A stretch of DNA of 64,000 bases from Rhodanobacter sp. (lineage in GTDB: Bacteria; Pseudomonadota; Gammaproteobacteria; Xanthomonadales; Rhodanobacteraceae), in NCBI GenBank assembly GCA_027307195.1, contig DAHUXL010000080.1, positions 17,466 to 81,465 on the forward strand, given 5' to 3'. Both the position numbers and the translations under genes were made by a program. The notes under the pieces are model-generated. The model was given only the letters and a program-made list of their open reading frames with translations. It made no database searches and was not told the DNA's origin. Positions 52,037 to 62,550 of the stretch are shown here, piece after piece; positions within the stretch are counted from its first letter, which is position 1; each line of letters begins with the position of its first letter.

Positions 52037-53083
52037 TCAGCTGCCGCACGCAGGATCAAGCTGGGGCAGGATCAACATCGCGTCGCCATAGGAGAAAAAC
52101 CGGTAACCCTGCTCGACCGCATGGCGATAGGCGTCGAGCATGAACTCGCGCCCGGCCAGCGCCGACACCAGCATCAATAGAGTCGACTGCGGCAGATGGA
52201 AGTTGGTCAGCAGGCCGTCGATGCTGCTGAAGCGGTAGCCGGGGAAGATGAAGATCTGCGTCTCGCCGGCGAACGGATGCAGCTCGCCGTCCTTGCTGGC
52301 GCTTTCCAGCGCGCGCACTACCGTGGTGCCCACCGCGATGACACGACCACCGTTGGCGCGCGTGCGACGGATCTGGCCGATCAGATGGGCACCGACGTTG
52401 AGCCACTCGCGATGCATCTGATGATCCTTCAGATCGTCCGCCCGCACTGGCTGGAATGTGCCGGCGCCCACATGCAGCGTGATGTAACCGAACTCGACGC
52501 CGCGCTCGCGCAACGTCGCCAGCATCGCCTCGTCGAAATGCAGACCGGCGGTAGGCGCTGCAACCGCGCCAGGCTCGCGCGCGAACACGGTCTGGTAGCG
52601 CTCCAGGTCGCTGGCGTCGGCATGCCTCTCGATATACGGCGGCAGCGGCATCTCGCCCAGCTTGAGCAACAGCTTTTCCAGCGGCTCGGGCGCCTCGAAA
52701 TGCAGCCGAAAGAACCCTTCGTCGCGGCCCAGCACCACCGCATGGCTACCGTCGGCCAGCTCGATTCGACCACCTTCCTTCGGCTTCTTGCTGACGCCGA
52801 GTTGCACGGTCGCCTCGTGCGCGCCGGTGACCCGCTCGATCAGGATCTCCACTGCACCGCCGCTGATCTTGCGTCCGTACAGACGCGCCGGCAGCACGCG
52901 AGTGTCGTTGAACACCAGCAGATCGCCCGGCCGCAGGAAGTCGGGCAGCTCGCGGAACATGCGGTCCTGCCGCGACCGTGCCGGCACATCCAGCAGCAGC
53001 ATGCGGCTGGCCGAACGCTCGGGCAGCGGCGCCTGCGCGATCAGCTCGGGCGGCAGTTCAAAATCGAAATCGGACTTCTTCAA
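52037..53083 (-). CDS. queA: S-adenosylmethionine:tRNA ribosyltransferase-isomerase
   Basis: Probable TTG start (MKKSDFDF), [23 protein letters not shown]. Confidence 0.96.
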   Translation of the reverse strand: MKKSDFDFELPPELIAQAPLPERSASRMLLLDVPARSRQDRMFRELPDFLRPGDLLVFNDTRVLPARLYGRKISGGAVEILIERVTGAHEATVQLGVSKKPKEGGRIELADGSHAVVLGRDEGFFRLHFEAPEPLEKLLLKLGEMPLPPYIERHADASDLERYQTVFAREPGAVAAPTAGLHFDEAMLATLRERGVEFGYITLHVGAGTFQPVRADDLKDHQMHREWLNVGAHLIGQIRRTRANGGRVIAVGTTVVRALESASKDGELHPFAGETQIFIFPGYRFSSIDGLLTNFHLPQSTLLMLVSALAGREFMLDAYRHAVEQGYRFFSYGDAMLILPQLDPACGS

Positions 53084-53149
53084 GAGACACACGGCCAGCA
53101 GGTGAAAGCGGGACATTATCCCGCACTGAGCCAACCCTTGCGCGACGAG

Positions 53150-53752
<603 letters not shown>

Positions 53753-53827
53753 GTGCTGGCTTCCTGGTGTCCACAGCGGCGAAAGGATGGTGTCATGGCT
53801 TGTGCGGCCGTGGGTGCGTGGATGGAC

Positions 53828-55057
53828 TCACGCGACAGGTTGACCCGGAATCGTGTGCGCCAGCGGATTGGCAGGTGTCGGCTCCAGCGATGGTCGGGAT
53901 GTTTCAACCAGGCGCATGAGCGGCAGCGGCACCACCACCCGCAGACGCGATCCCTGACCGCGCGGCGACTCGAAGGTCAGCGTGCCGCCGAGCGCACGCA
54001 CCCGCTCACGCATACCGCACAGGCCATTGCCGTCCATCTCGATGCCACCGCGGCCATTGTCGCTGATCTGCATGCAGACGCTGGCCCGCTCGCGCGCCAT
54101 CTCGATCCGGGCCTGGCTGGCATCAGCATGGCGCGCAATATTGGTCACCGCCTCGCGCAAGATCAGCGACAGGCCTCGCTCGACGTCACCCGGCAGGTCG
54201 ACGGGCAGCGTGCCGTAATCCAGATGGACACGGGAAGATTCCAGCAGCAGTCGCGCCGAGGCCAGTTCGGCAGCGAGGTCGGTGGCGCGGATGCCGGTGA
54301 CCGCGCTGCGCACTTCGGCCAACGCGTGACGTGCCACCTTTTCCGCCTCCTCGACCTCGCGCTTGGCGGCGTCGACATCGCGGTCGAACAGCTTGCGCGA
54401 GAGTTCGAGCTTGAGCGTGATCAGCGACAGCGTATGGCCGAGCAAGTCGTGCAGGTCGCGTCCGATCCGTTCACGCTCCGCCGTGGCGGCGAGCCGGCGC
54501 ACCTCGTCGTGCGAAAGACTGAGGGCGACATCCTTTTCCTTGTGGATCTGTTCGACCATGACAATGGTGCAGATGACGAAGATCGTGACCGGCATGATCA
54601 CCAGCAGCGACGGCGGATAGCCGATCCGCCAGGCCAGTCCCACGTAGATGGCGTTGATCAGCAACACCTGGGCCACATAGCTGCGTAAGTGCCGCCTGTC
54701 GCAGTGACTCAGCATCACGCAGGCGTATACGTAATAACTGAGGCCGCTGTAATACCAGGGCAGCAAGCCGAAACACAGCAGCGCCATGCCCCACGCGTAG
54801 AGATACGCAATCCGCCGGGGAGCCAGCTGCGTCATGGCGAACAGCAGCAGAAACAGCGGATACGAACCCAGCGTGCACAGCAGCCACGTCAGGGTATAAC
54901 CATGCAGGCCGCGATCGAACAGCGGCGTGATGAAGATCCACAACGACCACAGCAAATGCACGCTGTCGGCCCATGGCGATTTGCCGCGGCGAAGGTCCTC
55001 TGCCGCCGCGGAATCCGGCGCCGGCGTGAACCATCGGGCAATGGAGGCTGGGATCAT
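53828..55057 (-). CDS. HisKA_3 sensor kinase (DesK-like)
   Basis: ERERIGRDLHDLLGHTLS, EAVTNIARH, DNGRG; N-terminal TMs. Confidence 0.92.
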   Translation of the reverse strand: MIPASIARWFTPAPDSAAAEDLRRGKSPWADSVHLLWSLWIFITPLFDRGLHGYTLTWLLCTLGSYPLFLLLFAMTQLAPRRIAYLYAWGMALLCFGLLPWYYSGLSYYVYACVMLSHCDRRHLRSYVAQVLLINAIYVGLAWRIGYPPSLLVIMPVTIFVICTIVMVEQIHKEKDVALSLSHDEVRRLAATAERERIGRDLHDLLGHTLSLITLKLELSRKLFDRDVDAAKREVEEAEKVARHALAEVRSAVTGIRATDLAAELASARLLLESSRVHLDYGTLPVDLPGDVERGLSLILREAVTNIARHADASQARIEMARERASVCMQISDNGRGGIEMDGNGLCGMRERVRALGGTLTFESPRGQGSRLRVVVPLPLMRLVETSRPSLEPTPANPLAHTIPGQPVA

Positions 55058-55101
55058 GGCAAGGCTTTCCGCGAGCGGCTCGGACTGAACGACATGCTAC
55101 T

Positions 55102-55890
55102 TCAACCGTTCCGCCGCAGGCGTCGCGCCGCCAGCAGCAGAAAGCCGACGGCAAAGCCGAGCAGCACCAGCACATGCGTCAGGATCGCCTCCTTGTTGAG
55201 GCCCACCGCCGCCATGGCCACCATGTCGAGGTGATAGCTCGGCCAGATTGGCGCGATCTGCTGCAGGAACTTCGGCAGCATCGGCAACGGCATCCACAGG
55301 CCGGACATGAACGACATCGGCAGGTAGATCAGTTGCAACATGCCGGGCGCGCCCTGCCCCTTGATCAAGGTGCCGACGAACATGCCCAGCGCGCAGAACG
55401 GCAGCACGCCAAGCATCCCGGTGAGCAGCAACGCGCCGGCCTGCAGCGGATTCAGGGTCACGTGCCCCAGCGATACCGCCATGGTCAGCAGCAACAGGAT
55501 GACCACCCCGGCAGCCACCATCGCCATCAGCATCTTGCCCAGCAGATAGGCACCCGGCGGCATCGGCAACGCCCGCTTGAACGTCAGCAGGCCGCCGTCA
55601 CGCTCCAGCGCCAGCGATACGCCGAAGCCGAACAGGCCCGGACTCATCACGCCGAACACGCCGTAGCTGGCCAGCAGGTAGCGCGCCGCATCGGCACCCT
55701 CGGACTTCGCCATCAGCACGCCGAACAGCAGGTAGAACATCGCCGGGAACAGCATGATCGGCAACATGAAACCCGGCGCGCGCATGTAGCGCAGGCACTC
55801 GCTGCGCGCTTCTTCCAGATAGGCGCCGATGACGCGGCTGCGTGGCATCACGGGTGCGATCGATTCGTTGACAGACATGACGGTTTCCAT
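55102..55890 (-). CDS. ABC-2 type permease (YvfS-like)
   Basis: Six TMs, ALERDGGLL, YLPMSFMSGLWMP, PSYH. Confidence 0.88.
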   Translation of the reverse strand: METVMSVNESIAPVMPRSRVIGAYLEEARSECLRYMRAPGFMLPIMLFPAMFYLLFGVLMAKSEGADAARYLLASYGVFGVMSPGLFGFGVSLALERDGGLLTFKRALPMPPGAYLLGKMLMAMVAAGVVILLLLTMAVSLGHVTLNPLQAGALLLTGMLGVLPFCALGMFVGTLIKGQGAPGMLQLIYLPMSFMSGLWMPLPMLPKFLQQIAPIWPSYHLDMVAMAAVGLNKEAILTHVLVLLGFAVGFLLLAARRLRRNG

Positions 55891-55891
55891 C

Positions 55892-56836
55892 TCAGGCAGC
55901 CTCGCGCTGGTCGGTGTCGGATACCTCGTCGGCATCGCGGGTGAGTTCGGTGAAGGCCTCGGCCAGGCCGGCGCGCTGCACTTCCAGTTCGCGCAGGTGC
56001 AGGTCGGCGGCAAGCAGGCGGCGCACCACGACTTCGGCTTCGGTCGCGGTGATGTGCAGGCGTTCGTTCTCCCGGCGCACTTCGTTGACCTCGGGCCAGC
56101 TGCGCACGGTGTCGACCGACAATGCACTCAGGCAGCGGATGCGCTTGAGTGCGACCCGCGCACGCAGCTCTTCTACAGTGCCTTCATGGATCATGCGGCC
56201 GTGCGTCATCACACAGACGCGATCGGCGAGTGCCTCGGCCTCCTCCAGATAGTGCGTGGTCAGCAGCACCGAACAGCCCTCGGCGAGCAGCTGGCGGATC
56301 GCCGCCCACAGCTTCTGCCGCGCCTCGATATCCATGCCTACGGTAGGTTCGTCCAGGAACAGCAGCTCGGGGCGACCGCACAACGCCAGTGCGAATTGCA
56401 CGCGCCGCTGCTGGCCACCGGAGAGTTTCGCGTAGGGGCGCTTGAGCAGATCGCTGACGCCGGCCAGTTCCGCGGTTTCCGCCAGGGTGCGCGGGGCCGG
56501 GTAGTAGCTGGCGGTCAGCCGCAACAGCTCGCCCACCCGCAGCGTCGGCGGCAGCTCGGCGTTCTGTAGCATCACGCCGATGCGCCGGCGCGCCTCGATC
56601 CGCTGCGGATCCTGGCCGAACAGTTCGACCGTGCCGGCATCGGCACGGATCAGCCCCAGCAACAGGGCAATCGCCGTGGTCTTGCCGGCGCCGTTGGGGC
56701 CAAGCAGGGCCAGCAGTTCGCCGCGCTGCAATTGCAGATCGGCACCGTCGAGCGCGGTGAGCTGGCCGTAGCGTTTGACGGCGCCGCCGAGGCGGGCAAT
56801 CGGGTCACGGATAATGGGATCAGGGGCATGTGGCAT
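55892..56836 (-). CDS. ABC ATP-binding protein (YvfR-like)
   Basis: GPNGAGKTT, LSGGQQRRV, LFLDEPT, TTHYLEEA. Confidence 0.93.
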   Translation of the reverse strand: MPHAPDPIIRDPIARLGGAVKRYGQLTALDGADLQLQRGELLALLGPNGAGKTTAIALLLGLIRADAGTVELFGQDPQRIEARRRIGVMLQNAELPPTLRVGELLRLTASYYPAPRTLAETAELAGVSDLLKRPYAKLSGGQQRRVQFALALCGRPELLFLDEPTVGMDIEARQKLWAAIRQLLAEGCSVLLTTHYLEEAEALADRVCVMTHGRMIHEGTVEELRARVALKRIRCLSALSVDTVRSWPEVNEVRRENERLHITATEAEVVVRRLLAADLHLRELEVQRAGLAEAFTELTRDADEVSDTDQREAA

Positions 56837-56899
56837 GGGTAGTCCTCCAGTGCCGCCCATCCTCCACGTGACGGGATTCTGCAGGCAGTAGCCGGCGTC

Positions 56900-56929
56900 A
56901 GTCATCGTGGGTGACAGCCGTCACCCACG
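56900..56929. promoter_or_regulatory. Candidate operator for the DesR-like regulator
   Basis: Perfect inverted repeat CGTGGGTGAC-agcc-GTCACCCACG (56906-56929) plus adjacent ATGACT half-site on the minus strand, about 70 nt upstream of the ABC operon. Confidence 0.55.
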
Positions 56930-57126
56930 GTCCGGGCACGGGGTTACGGCGGCCGGCGCCGCAAGGTATCCTGTGAGGGATAAAACCGCCCAATCGGCTC
57001 TGCGATGGGGCGTGAAACGACTGAAAACATTGAGGAAGCGCCCGTTCGCCTGCGCCTCCCGCCACGCATTAACTAATGTCCGTCTCCGGCCTGGCAGCCG
57101 ACTGGCGGAGCTACGGAGGATTCATC

Positions 57127-58623
57127 ATGGGTGTGATCAACCAGCTGCGCGAACTGCGCGAATTCGGCGGCAAGCCGCGGACCACCGGTCTGGACGATGC
57201 CAGCATCGAGCGCATGGCGGCGAACGATCCCATGCTGGGTCAGGCGATTGCCGCCGCGGTGGCGCGCCATCATGAATTGCGTGCCGACCTGGCCGACTTC
57301 CTTAAATTGGACGAAGCGGAGCAGGTCGCCCAGGTGCAGGCCGGCTTCGTCAATTTCTACCCGGACGACGCAATCAGCCCGTACCTGCCCGCCGCCGCGC
57401 GCGGCCCGTGGATCGTTACGCTGAAAGGCGCCGTCGTGCACGACAACGGCGGCTACGGCATGCTCGGCTTCGGCCACAACGACCCGGCGATCCTCGAAGC
57501 ACTGAGCCGCCCGCAGGTGATGGCCAACGTGATGGCACCCAGCGTGGCGCAACTGCGCTTCACCGCGGCGCTCAACAAGGAGCTCGGCCGCAATCGCGAC
57601 AGCAATCCGTATGCGCGTTACATGTGCCTCAACTCCGGTTCCGAGTCGGTCTCGCTGGCCTGCCGCATCGCCGATGTCAATGCCAAGCTGATGACCGATG
57701 CCGGTGGCCGCTATGCCGGCCGCACGATCAAGCGGCTCGCGGTGAAGGGCGCGTTCCACGGCCGCACCGACAAACCGGCGCTGTATTCCGATTCCAGCCG
57801 CAAGACCTATCAGCAGCACCTCGCCAGCTACCGCCACGAGGACAGCGTGCTCACCATTGCTCCGTATGACGTGGCGCAGCTGGAAGCCGCGTTCGCCGAT
57901 GCCGACAGGCACGGCTGGTTCATCGAGGCGATGTTCCTGGAACCGGTGATGGGCGAAGGCGACCCGGGCCGCGCGGTGACGCCGGAGTTCTACAAGGCGG
58001 CGCGCGCGCTGACCGAAGCCCACGGCACCCTGCTGCTGATCGACTCGATCCAGGCCGGCCTGCGCGCACACGGCGTGCTGTCCATCACCGACTACCCGGG
58101 CTTCGAGAAGCTGCCGGCGCCGGACATGGAAACCTTCTCCAAGGCACTGAACGCCGGCCAGTATCCGCTGTCGGTGCTGGCAGTTACCGAGCGTACTGCC
58201 GGCCTGTATCGCAAGGGCATCTACGGCAACACCATGACCGCGAACCCGCGCGCGCTGGACGTGGCGCTGGCCACTCTGGGTGAGCTGAGCGACGCGGTGC
58301 GCAACAACATCCGCGAGCGCGGCAAGGAATTCGTCGACAAGCTAAACGCGCTGAAGAACGAGCTGGGCGGTCTGATCACCAAGGTGCAGGGCACCGGCTT
58401 GCTGTTCTCCTGCGAGCTGGCCCCGGAATACAAGTGCTATGGTGCCGGCTCGACCGAGGAATACATGCGCGAGCACGGCGTCGGCGTGATCCACGGCGGT
58501 GTCAACTCGTTGCGTTTCACCCCGCACTTCAACGTCACCAGCGCCGAGATCGACCTGGTCGTGGCGCATGTGCGCAAGGCGCTGCTGGAAGGTCCACGCA
58601 AGGCCAAGGCCGAGGCGGCCTGA
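57127..58623 (+). CDS. lat: L-lysine 6-aminotransferase-like class-III aminotransferase
   Basis: GFVNFY, MCLNSGSE, FHGRTD, EPVMGEGDPGR, IDSIQAG, FSKALN, YKCYGAGSTEE closely match my recollection of the Flavobacterium lutescens LAT sequence. Confidence 0.8.
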   Translation: MGVINQLRELREFGGKPRTTGLDDASIERMAANDPMLGQAIAAAVARHHELRADLADFLKLDEAEQVAQVQAGFVNFYPDDAISPYLPAAARGPWIVTLKGAVVHDNGGYGMLGFGHNDPAILEALSRPQVMANVMAPSVAQLRFTAALNKELGRNRDSNPYARYMCLNSGSESVSLACRIADVNAKLMTDAGGRYAGRTIKRLAVKGAFHGRTDKPALYSDSSRKTYQQHLASYRHEDSVLTIAPYDVAQLEAAFADADRHGWFIEAMFLEPVMGEGDPGRAVTPEFYKAARALTEAHGTLLLIDSIQAGLRAHGVLSITDYPGFEKLPAPDMETFSKALNAGQYPLSVLAVTERTAGLYRKGIYGNTMTANPRALDVALATLGELSDAVRNNIRERGKEFVDKLNALKNELGGLITKVQGTGLLFSCELAPEYKCYGAGSTEEYMREHGVGVIHGGVNSLRFTPHFNVTSAEIDLVVAHVRKALLEGPRKAKAEAA

Positions 58624-58835
58624 CTTTTCCTGTCGTCAACATGACCCTGTCGTCAGCCTGGGAAACCTGAGCTGACGCTTTGCTCGAGCGCCATCCACGA
58701 CAACGCAGTCAGGCAGCGTTGTCGTAGATGAATGCCGCTTGCACTAAAATTTTCGTTAGCTCGCACGGCGCTCCCCGACCGGCTATAGACTGGCACCGCC
58801 GGCAACTGCCGGTCACCTTAGGGAGGGCCCACTGC

Positions 58836-59231
58836 ATGTCCATCAATCTTCGTATCGTTCTTGCTGCCGCCTTGGCGTTGTCCAGCGCTGCCGCCTTCGC
58901 CACCCCGGCGGCCAGCAAGACGGCTGACACCACCACCGCGGCTCCGGCTGCCAAGAAAGCGCTCACTCCGCAGCAGCAGCGCATGTCCGATTGCAGCAAG
59001 CAGTCTGCCGGCAAGAAGGGCGACGAGCGCAAGATGGCCATGAGCAGCTGCTTGAAGGGTGAAAGTGCCGCCCCAGCCGCGGCAGCGCCGACCGCCAAAC
59101 AGACGCAGCAGGAAAAGATGAAAGCCTGCAATGCGGACGCCAAGGTCAAGGCACCCAAGGGCGAGGCACACAAGGCCTTCATGAGCAGCTGTCTGAAGGG
59201 TGACGCCGCAGCAGCACCGGCCGCGCACTAA
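58836..59231 (+). CDS. psiF: PsiF-repeat secreted protein
   Basis: Signal peptide plus two repeats Q(Q/E)(R/K)M..C.......KG...K..MSSCLKG; GGAGG RBS. Confidence 0.85.
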   Translation: MSINLRIVLAAALALSSAAAFATPAASKTADTTTAAPAAKKALTPQQQRMSDCSKQSAGKKGDERKMAMSSCLKGESAAPAAAAPTAKQTQQEKMKACNADAKVKAPKGEAHKAFMSSCLKGDAAAAPAAH

Positions 59232-59245
59232 GCTTCCACCGCTTG

Positions 59246-59284
59246 AAGGGCGCCGCCATGTTGTTGGCGGCGCCCTTTTCTTTT
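59246..59284 (+). terminator. Intrinsic terminator after psiF
   Basis: AAGGGCGCCGCCA-tgttgt-TGGCGGCGCCCTT followed by a T-tract. Confidence 0.85.
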
Positions 59285-59335
59285 GCGACCATGCTGTCGC
59301 ATGCTCGTCCCAGTATGCCCGCACGCAGGTCACTC

Positions 59336-59980
59336 ATGAAGATCGTCGAAGTCCCTCATCCGCTGATCCAGCACAAGCTCGGCCTGATGCGGCGTGCCGG
59401 CATCAGTACCAAGGAATTCCGCGAACTGGCCTCCGAGGTCGCCGCGCTGCTCACCTACGAAGCCACCAAGGATCTGGAAACCGTCGAGGAACAGATTCAC
59501 GGCTGGGCCGGCCCGCTGCAGGTGCACCGGATCAAGGGCAAGAAGATCACCATCGTGCCGATCCTGCGCGCGGGCCTGGGCATGTTGCCGGGCGTACTCG
59601 ACATGATTCCCTCGGCCAAGGTCAGCCTGGTCGGCGTGCAGCGCGACGAGCACACCCTGCAGCCGTTGGCCTACTACGAAAAACTCAGCGGTCGCATGGA
59701 CGAACGCATCGCGCTGATCGTCGACCCGATGCTGGCTACCGCCGGCACCCTGATCGCCGCCGTCGACATGCTGAAGGCCGCCGGCTGCAAACGCATCAAG
59801 GGGCTGTTCCTGGTTGCCGCACCGGAAGGCCTCAAACGCATCGAGGCCGCACACCCGGATATCGAGATCTACACCGCTTCGATCGATGAACGCCTGAACG
59901 AGCACGGCTACATCCTGCCCGGCCTCGGCGACGCCGGCGACAAGATTTTCGGCACCAAGCAGTTGCCGGCAACCGACTGA
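59336..59980 (+). CDS. upp: Uracil phosphoribosyltransferase
   Basis: [43 protein letters not shown]. Confidence 0.96.
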   Translation: MKIVEVPHPLIQHKLGLMRRAGISTKEFRELASEVAALLTYEATKDLETVEEQIHGWAGPLQVHRIKGKKITIVPILRAGLGMLPGVLDMIPSAKVSLVGVQRDEHTLQPLAYYEKLSGRMDERIALIVDPMLATAGTLIAAVDMLKAAGCKRIKGLFLVAAPEGLKRIEAAHPDIEIYTASIDERLNEHGYILPGLGDAGDKIFGTKQLPATD

Positions 59981-60019
59981 ACGTCCGTCGTCGGCCTGCC
60001 CGGCAAACCAGCAAAGAAC

Positions 60020-60976
60020 TCAGCGACCGAAGCGGTCGGTCGCCTCCAGCAACTCATGCATGTTGCCCGGCTCGAACGCGGAATGGCCGGCGTCCTGCAC
60101 GATGCGCAGATCGGCCTCGGGCCAGGCGCGATGCAGATCCCACGCACTACGCAGCGGGCAGACCACGTCGTAGCGGCCCTGCACGATCACTGTGGGGATG
60201 TTGCGGATGCGGTCCACGTTGCGCAGCAGCTGGTCGTCGTGTTCGAAGAAGCCACCATTGACGAAGTAGTGGCATTCGATGCGTGCGAATGCCAGCGCGA
60301 ACTCGTCCTCGGCGCTGGATTCGATGTGCGACTTGTCCTGCCACAGGTAGCTGGTGGCACCTTCCCATACCGACCAGGCACGAGCGGCATCGACACGCGT
60401 CTTTGCGTCAGTGCTGGTCAGTCGGCGATGGTAGGCGCTCATCAGGTCGCCACGCTCGACTTCGGGAATGGCGTTGAGATAGGCCTCCCAGGCATCCGGA
60501 TACAGCGCGTCGCAGCCCTTCTGGTAGAACCACTCCAGCTCCCAGCGACGCAGCATGAAGATGCCGCGCAACACCAGCTCGGTGACCTTGTCCGGATGTG
60601 TCTGCGCATACGCCAGCGCCAGCGTGGAACCCCACGAGCCGCCGAACACCTGCCAGCGATCGATCGCCAGATGCTCGCGCAGGCGCTCGATGTCGGCAAC
60701 CAGATCCCAGGTGGTGTTGTCAGTCAGCTCCGCATGCGGCGTGGACTTGCCGCAGCCACGCTGATCGAACAGCACGATGCGGTAAATCGCCGGATCGAAG
60801 AAGCGCCGGCACTTCGGATTGGCGCCGCCACCCGGCCCACCATGCAGGAACACCACCGGCTTGCCGCTCGGGTTGCCGCTCTGCTCGTAGTACAGCGTGT
60901 GCAGCGCGGACACCTTGAGAAACCCGCTGTCGAAGGGCTCGATCTCGGGATACAGCGAACGAAGCGGGGGCGACAT
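60020..60976 (-). CDS. pip: Proline iminopeptidase
   Basis: HGGPGGG, DQRGCGKS, GGSWGS, QGRYD, AGHSAFE. Confidence 0.95.
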   Translation of the reverse strand: MSPPLRSLYPEIEPFDSGFLKVSALHTLYYEQSGNPSGKPVVFLHGGPGGGANPKCRRFFDPAIYRIVLFDQRGCGKSTPHAELTDNTTWDLVADIERLREHLAIDRWQVFGGSWGSTLALAYAQTHPDKVTELVLRGIFMLRRWELEWFYQKGCDALYPDAWEAYLNAIPEVERGDLMSAYHRRLTSTDAKTRVDAARAWSVWEGATSYLWQDKSHIESSAEDEFALAFARIECHYFVNGGFFEHDDQLLRNVDRIRNIPTVIVQGRYDVVCPLRSAWDLHRAWPEADLRIVQDAGHSAFEPGNMHELLEATDRFGR

Positions 60977-61038
60977 AACGGCTCCTCAAAGCGGACGAAC
61001 AAGCCATCAAGACTAACATGCAGGCGGCTTTGGAGCCC

Positions 61039-62430
61039 TCAGCTGCCCACGAACAGCTTGCCCGGATTGAGGACGCCGTTCGGATCAAACACCTTGCGCA
61101 CGCCTTGCATCAGCGCGATCTCCTCCGCACCGCGGGTGCTCTCCAGGTAAGCCCGCTTGACCAGCCCGATGCCATGCTCGGCCGAGATGCTGCCACCGTG
61201 ACGCTGCAGTGTTGACGCCAGCAGCTTGGTGACGTGTTCGCACTGGGCGATGAACGCCTCCTCGGCCAGATCGTCCGGACGCAGCACGTTGATGTGCAGA
61301 TTGCCGTCACCGATATGGCCGAACCAGATCACCTCGATCTGCGGATATTCATGCGCCAGCAGTGCCTGCATATCATGCAGGAACGCCGGCACCGCGCTGA
61401 TCCGCACCGACACGTCGTTCTTGTACGGTCGCCGCGACGCCAGACTCTCGGTGATGCCTTCGCGCAGCCGCCACAGCGCGGCCGCCTGCGCCTCGCTTTG
61501 TGCAATCACGCCATCGCTGACCCAGCCCTGTTCCAGCGCGTGCTCGAATGCCGCCAAGGCGGCGTCCCGTGCCGGCTCGTCGACGGCATCGAACTCGGTC
61601 ACCACGTAGTACGGATAATCGCCGTCGATGGCGCGCTGTGCGCCATGCGCGAGCACGTGCGCCAGCGCGTGATCGGTGAAAAACTCGAACGCCTGCAGCT
61701 GCAGGCGTTCGCGGAATAGCTCAAACACCTGCATCAACGCATCCATGTCCGGCAACGCCAGCAGCATCACCTGTGATGGCGGCGGCGGATCGGTGAGTTT
61801 CAGGGTCGCTTCCACCACGATGCCCAGCGTACCCTCCGACCCGATCATCAGCTGCCGGAAATCGTAGCCGCTGGAGTTCTTGATCAGGCCGCGATTGAGT
61901 TCGAGCAGCTCGCCGTTGCCGGTCACCACTTTCAGCGCAGCGATCCACTCGCGCGTATTGCCGTAACGGATCACCCGGATGCCACCGGCATTGGTGGCGA
62001 TGTTGCCGCCGATCGAGCACGAACCACGAGCGGCGAAATCGACCGGATAGATCAGGCCGTGGCTACGGGCCGCTTCATGCACGGTCTGCAGGATGATGCC
62101 TGGCTGCACGGTAAGCGTGCGATCGACCGCATTGAAATCCAGCACGCGGTCCATCCGCTCCAGGCTCAGCACCAGCTCGCCGTTGGCTGCCACTGCCCCG
62201 CCGGACAAGCCGGTGCGACCGCCGGACGGCACGATCGCGACCTGCTGTTCGTTGGCCCAGCGCACGATGACCTGCACTTCCTCGACACTCGCCGGCAACG
62301 CGATCGCCAGCGGCGCCGGCGTCCAGCGGCGGGTCCAGTCGCGGCCGTAATGCTCCAGATCGCCCGGCGCGGTGAGCAGGCGCAGATCGGGCAGTCGACG
62401 GGACAATTCGGCAAGACGTGGATCGGGCAT
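61039..62430 (-). CDS. FAD-linked oxidase, D-2-hydroxyglutarate dehydrogenase-like
   Basis: PSGGRTGLSGG, GGNIATNAGG, GSEGTLG, GHIGDGNLH, AEHGIG; start re-picked at MPDPRL. Confidence 0.88.
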   Translation of the reverse strand: MPDPRLAELSRRLPDLRLLTAPGDLEHYGRDWTRRWTPAPLAIALPASVEEVQVIVRWANEQQVAIVPSGGRTGLSGGAVAANGELVLSLERMDRVLDFNAVDRTLTVQPGIILQTVHEAARSHGLIYPVDFAARGSCSIGGNIATNAGGIRVIRYGNTREWIAALKVVTGNGELLELNRGLIKNSSGYDFRQLMIGSEGTLGIVVEATLKLTDPPPPSQVMLLALPDMDALMQVFELFRERLQLQAFEFFTDHALAHVLAHGAQRAIDGDYPYYVVTEFDAVDEPARDAALAAFEHALEQGWVSDGVIAQSEAQAAALWRLREGITESLASRRPYKNDVSVRISAVPAFLHDMQALLAHEYPQIEVIWFGHIGDGNLHINVLRPDDLAEEAFIAQCEHVTKLLASTLQRHGGSISAEHGIGLVKRAYLESTRGAEEIALMQGVRKVFDPNGVLNPGKLFVGS

Positions 62431-62550
62431 GCTGGGCTCCGGAGTATTCCTGCAGCGTGCCAGCCGCATCGCCTCGCGTCCAGTGTTGCAGCGCCGCAAA
62501 TCGTCTCCGGCTCTGGCATAGTAGGGACTCTTTCCTGCACGGACCGACGC

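Noticed and set aside
56940-57126. Possible lysine riboswitch upstream of lat
   Set aside because: No recognisable L-box conserved segments or multi-stem architecture
58629-58655. Pho box upstream of psiF
   Set aside because: Repeat pitch is 17 nt rather than 11, and the unit is CTGTCGT rather than CTGTCAT
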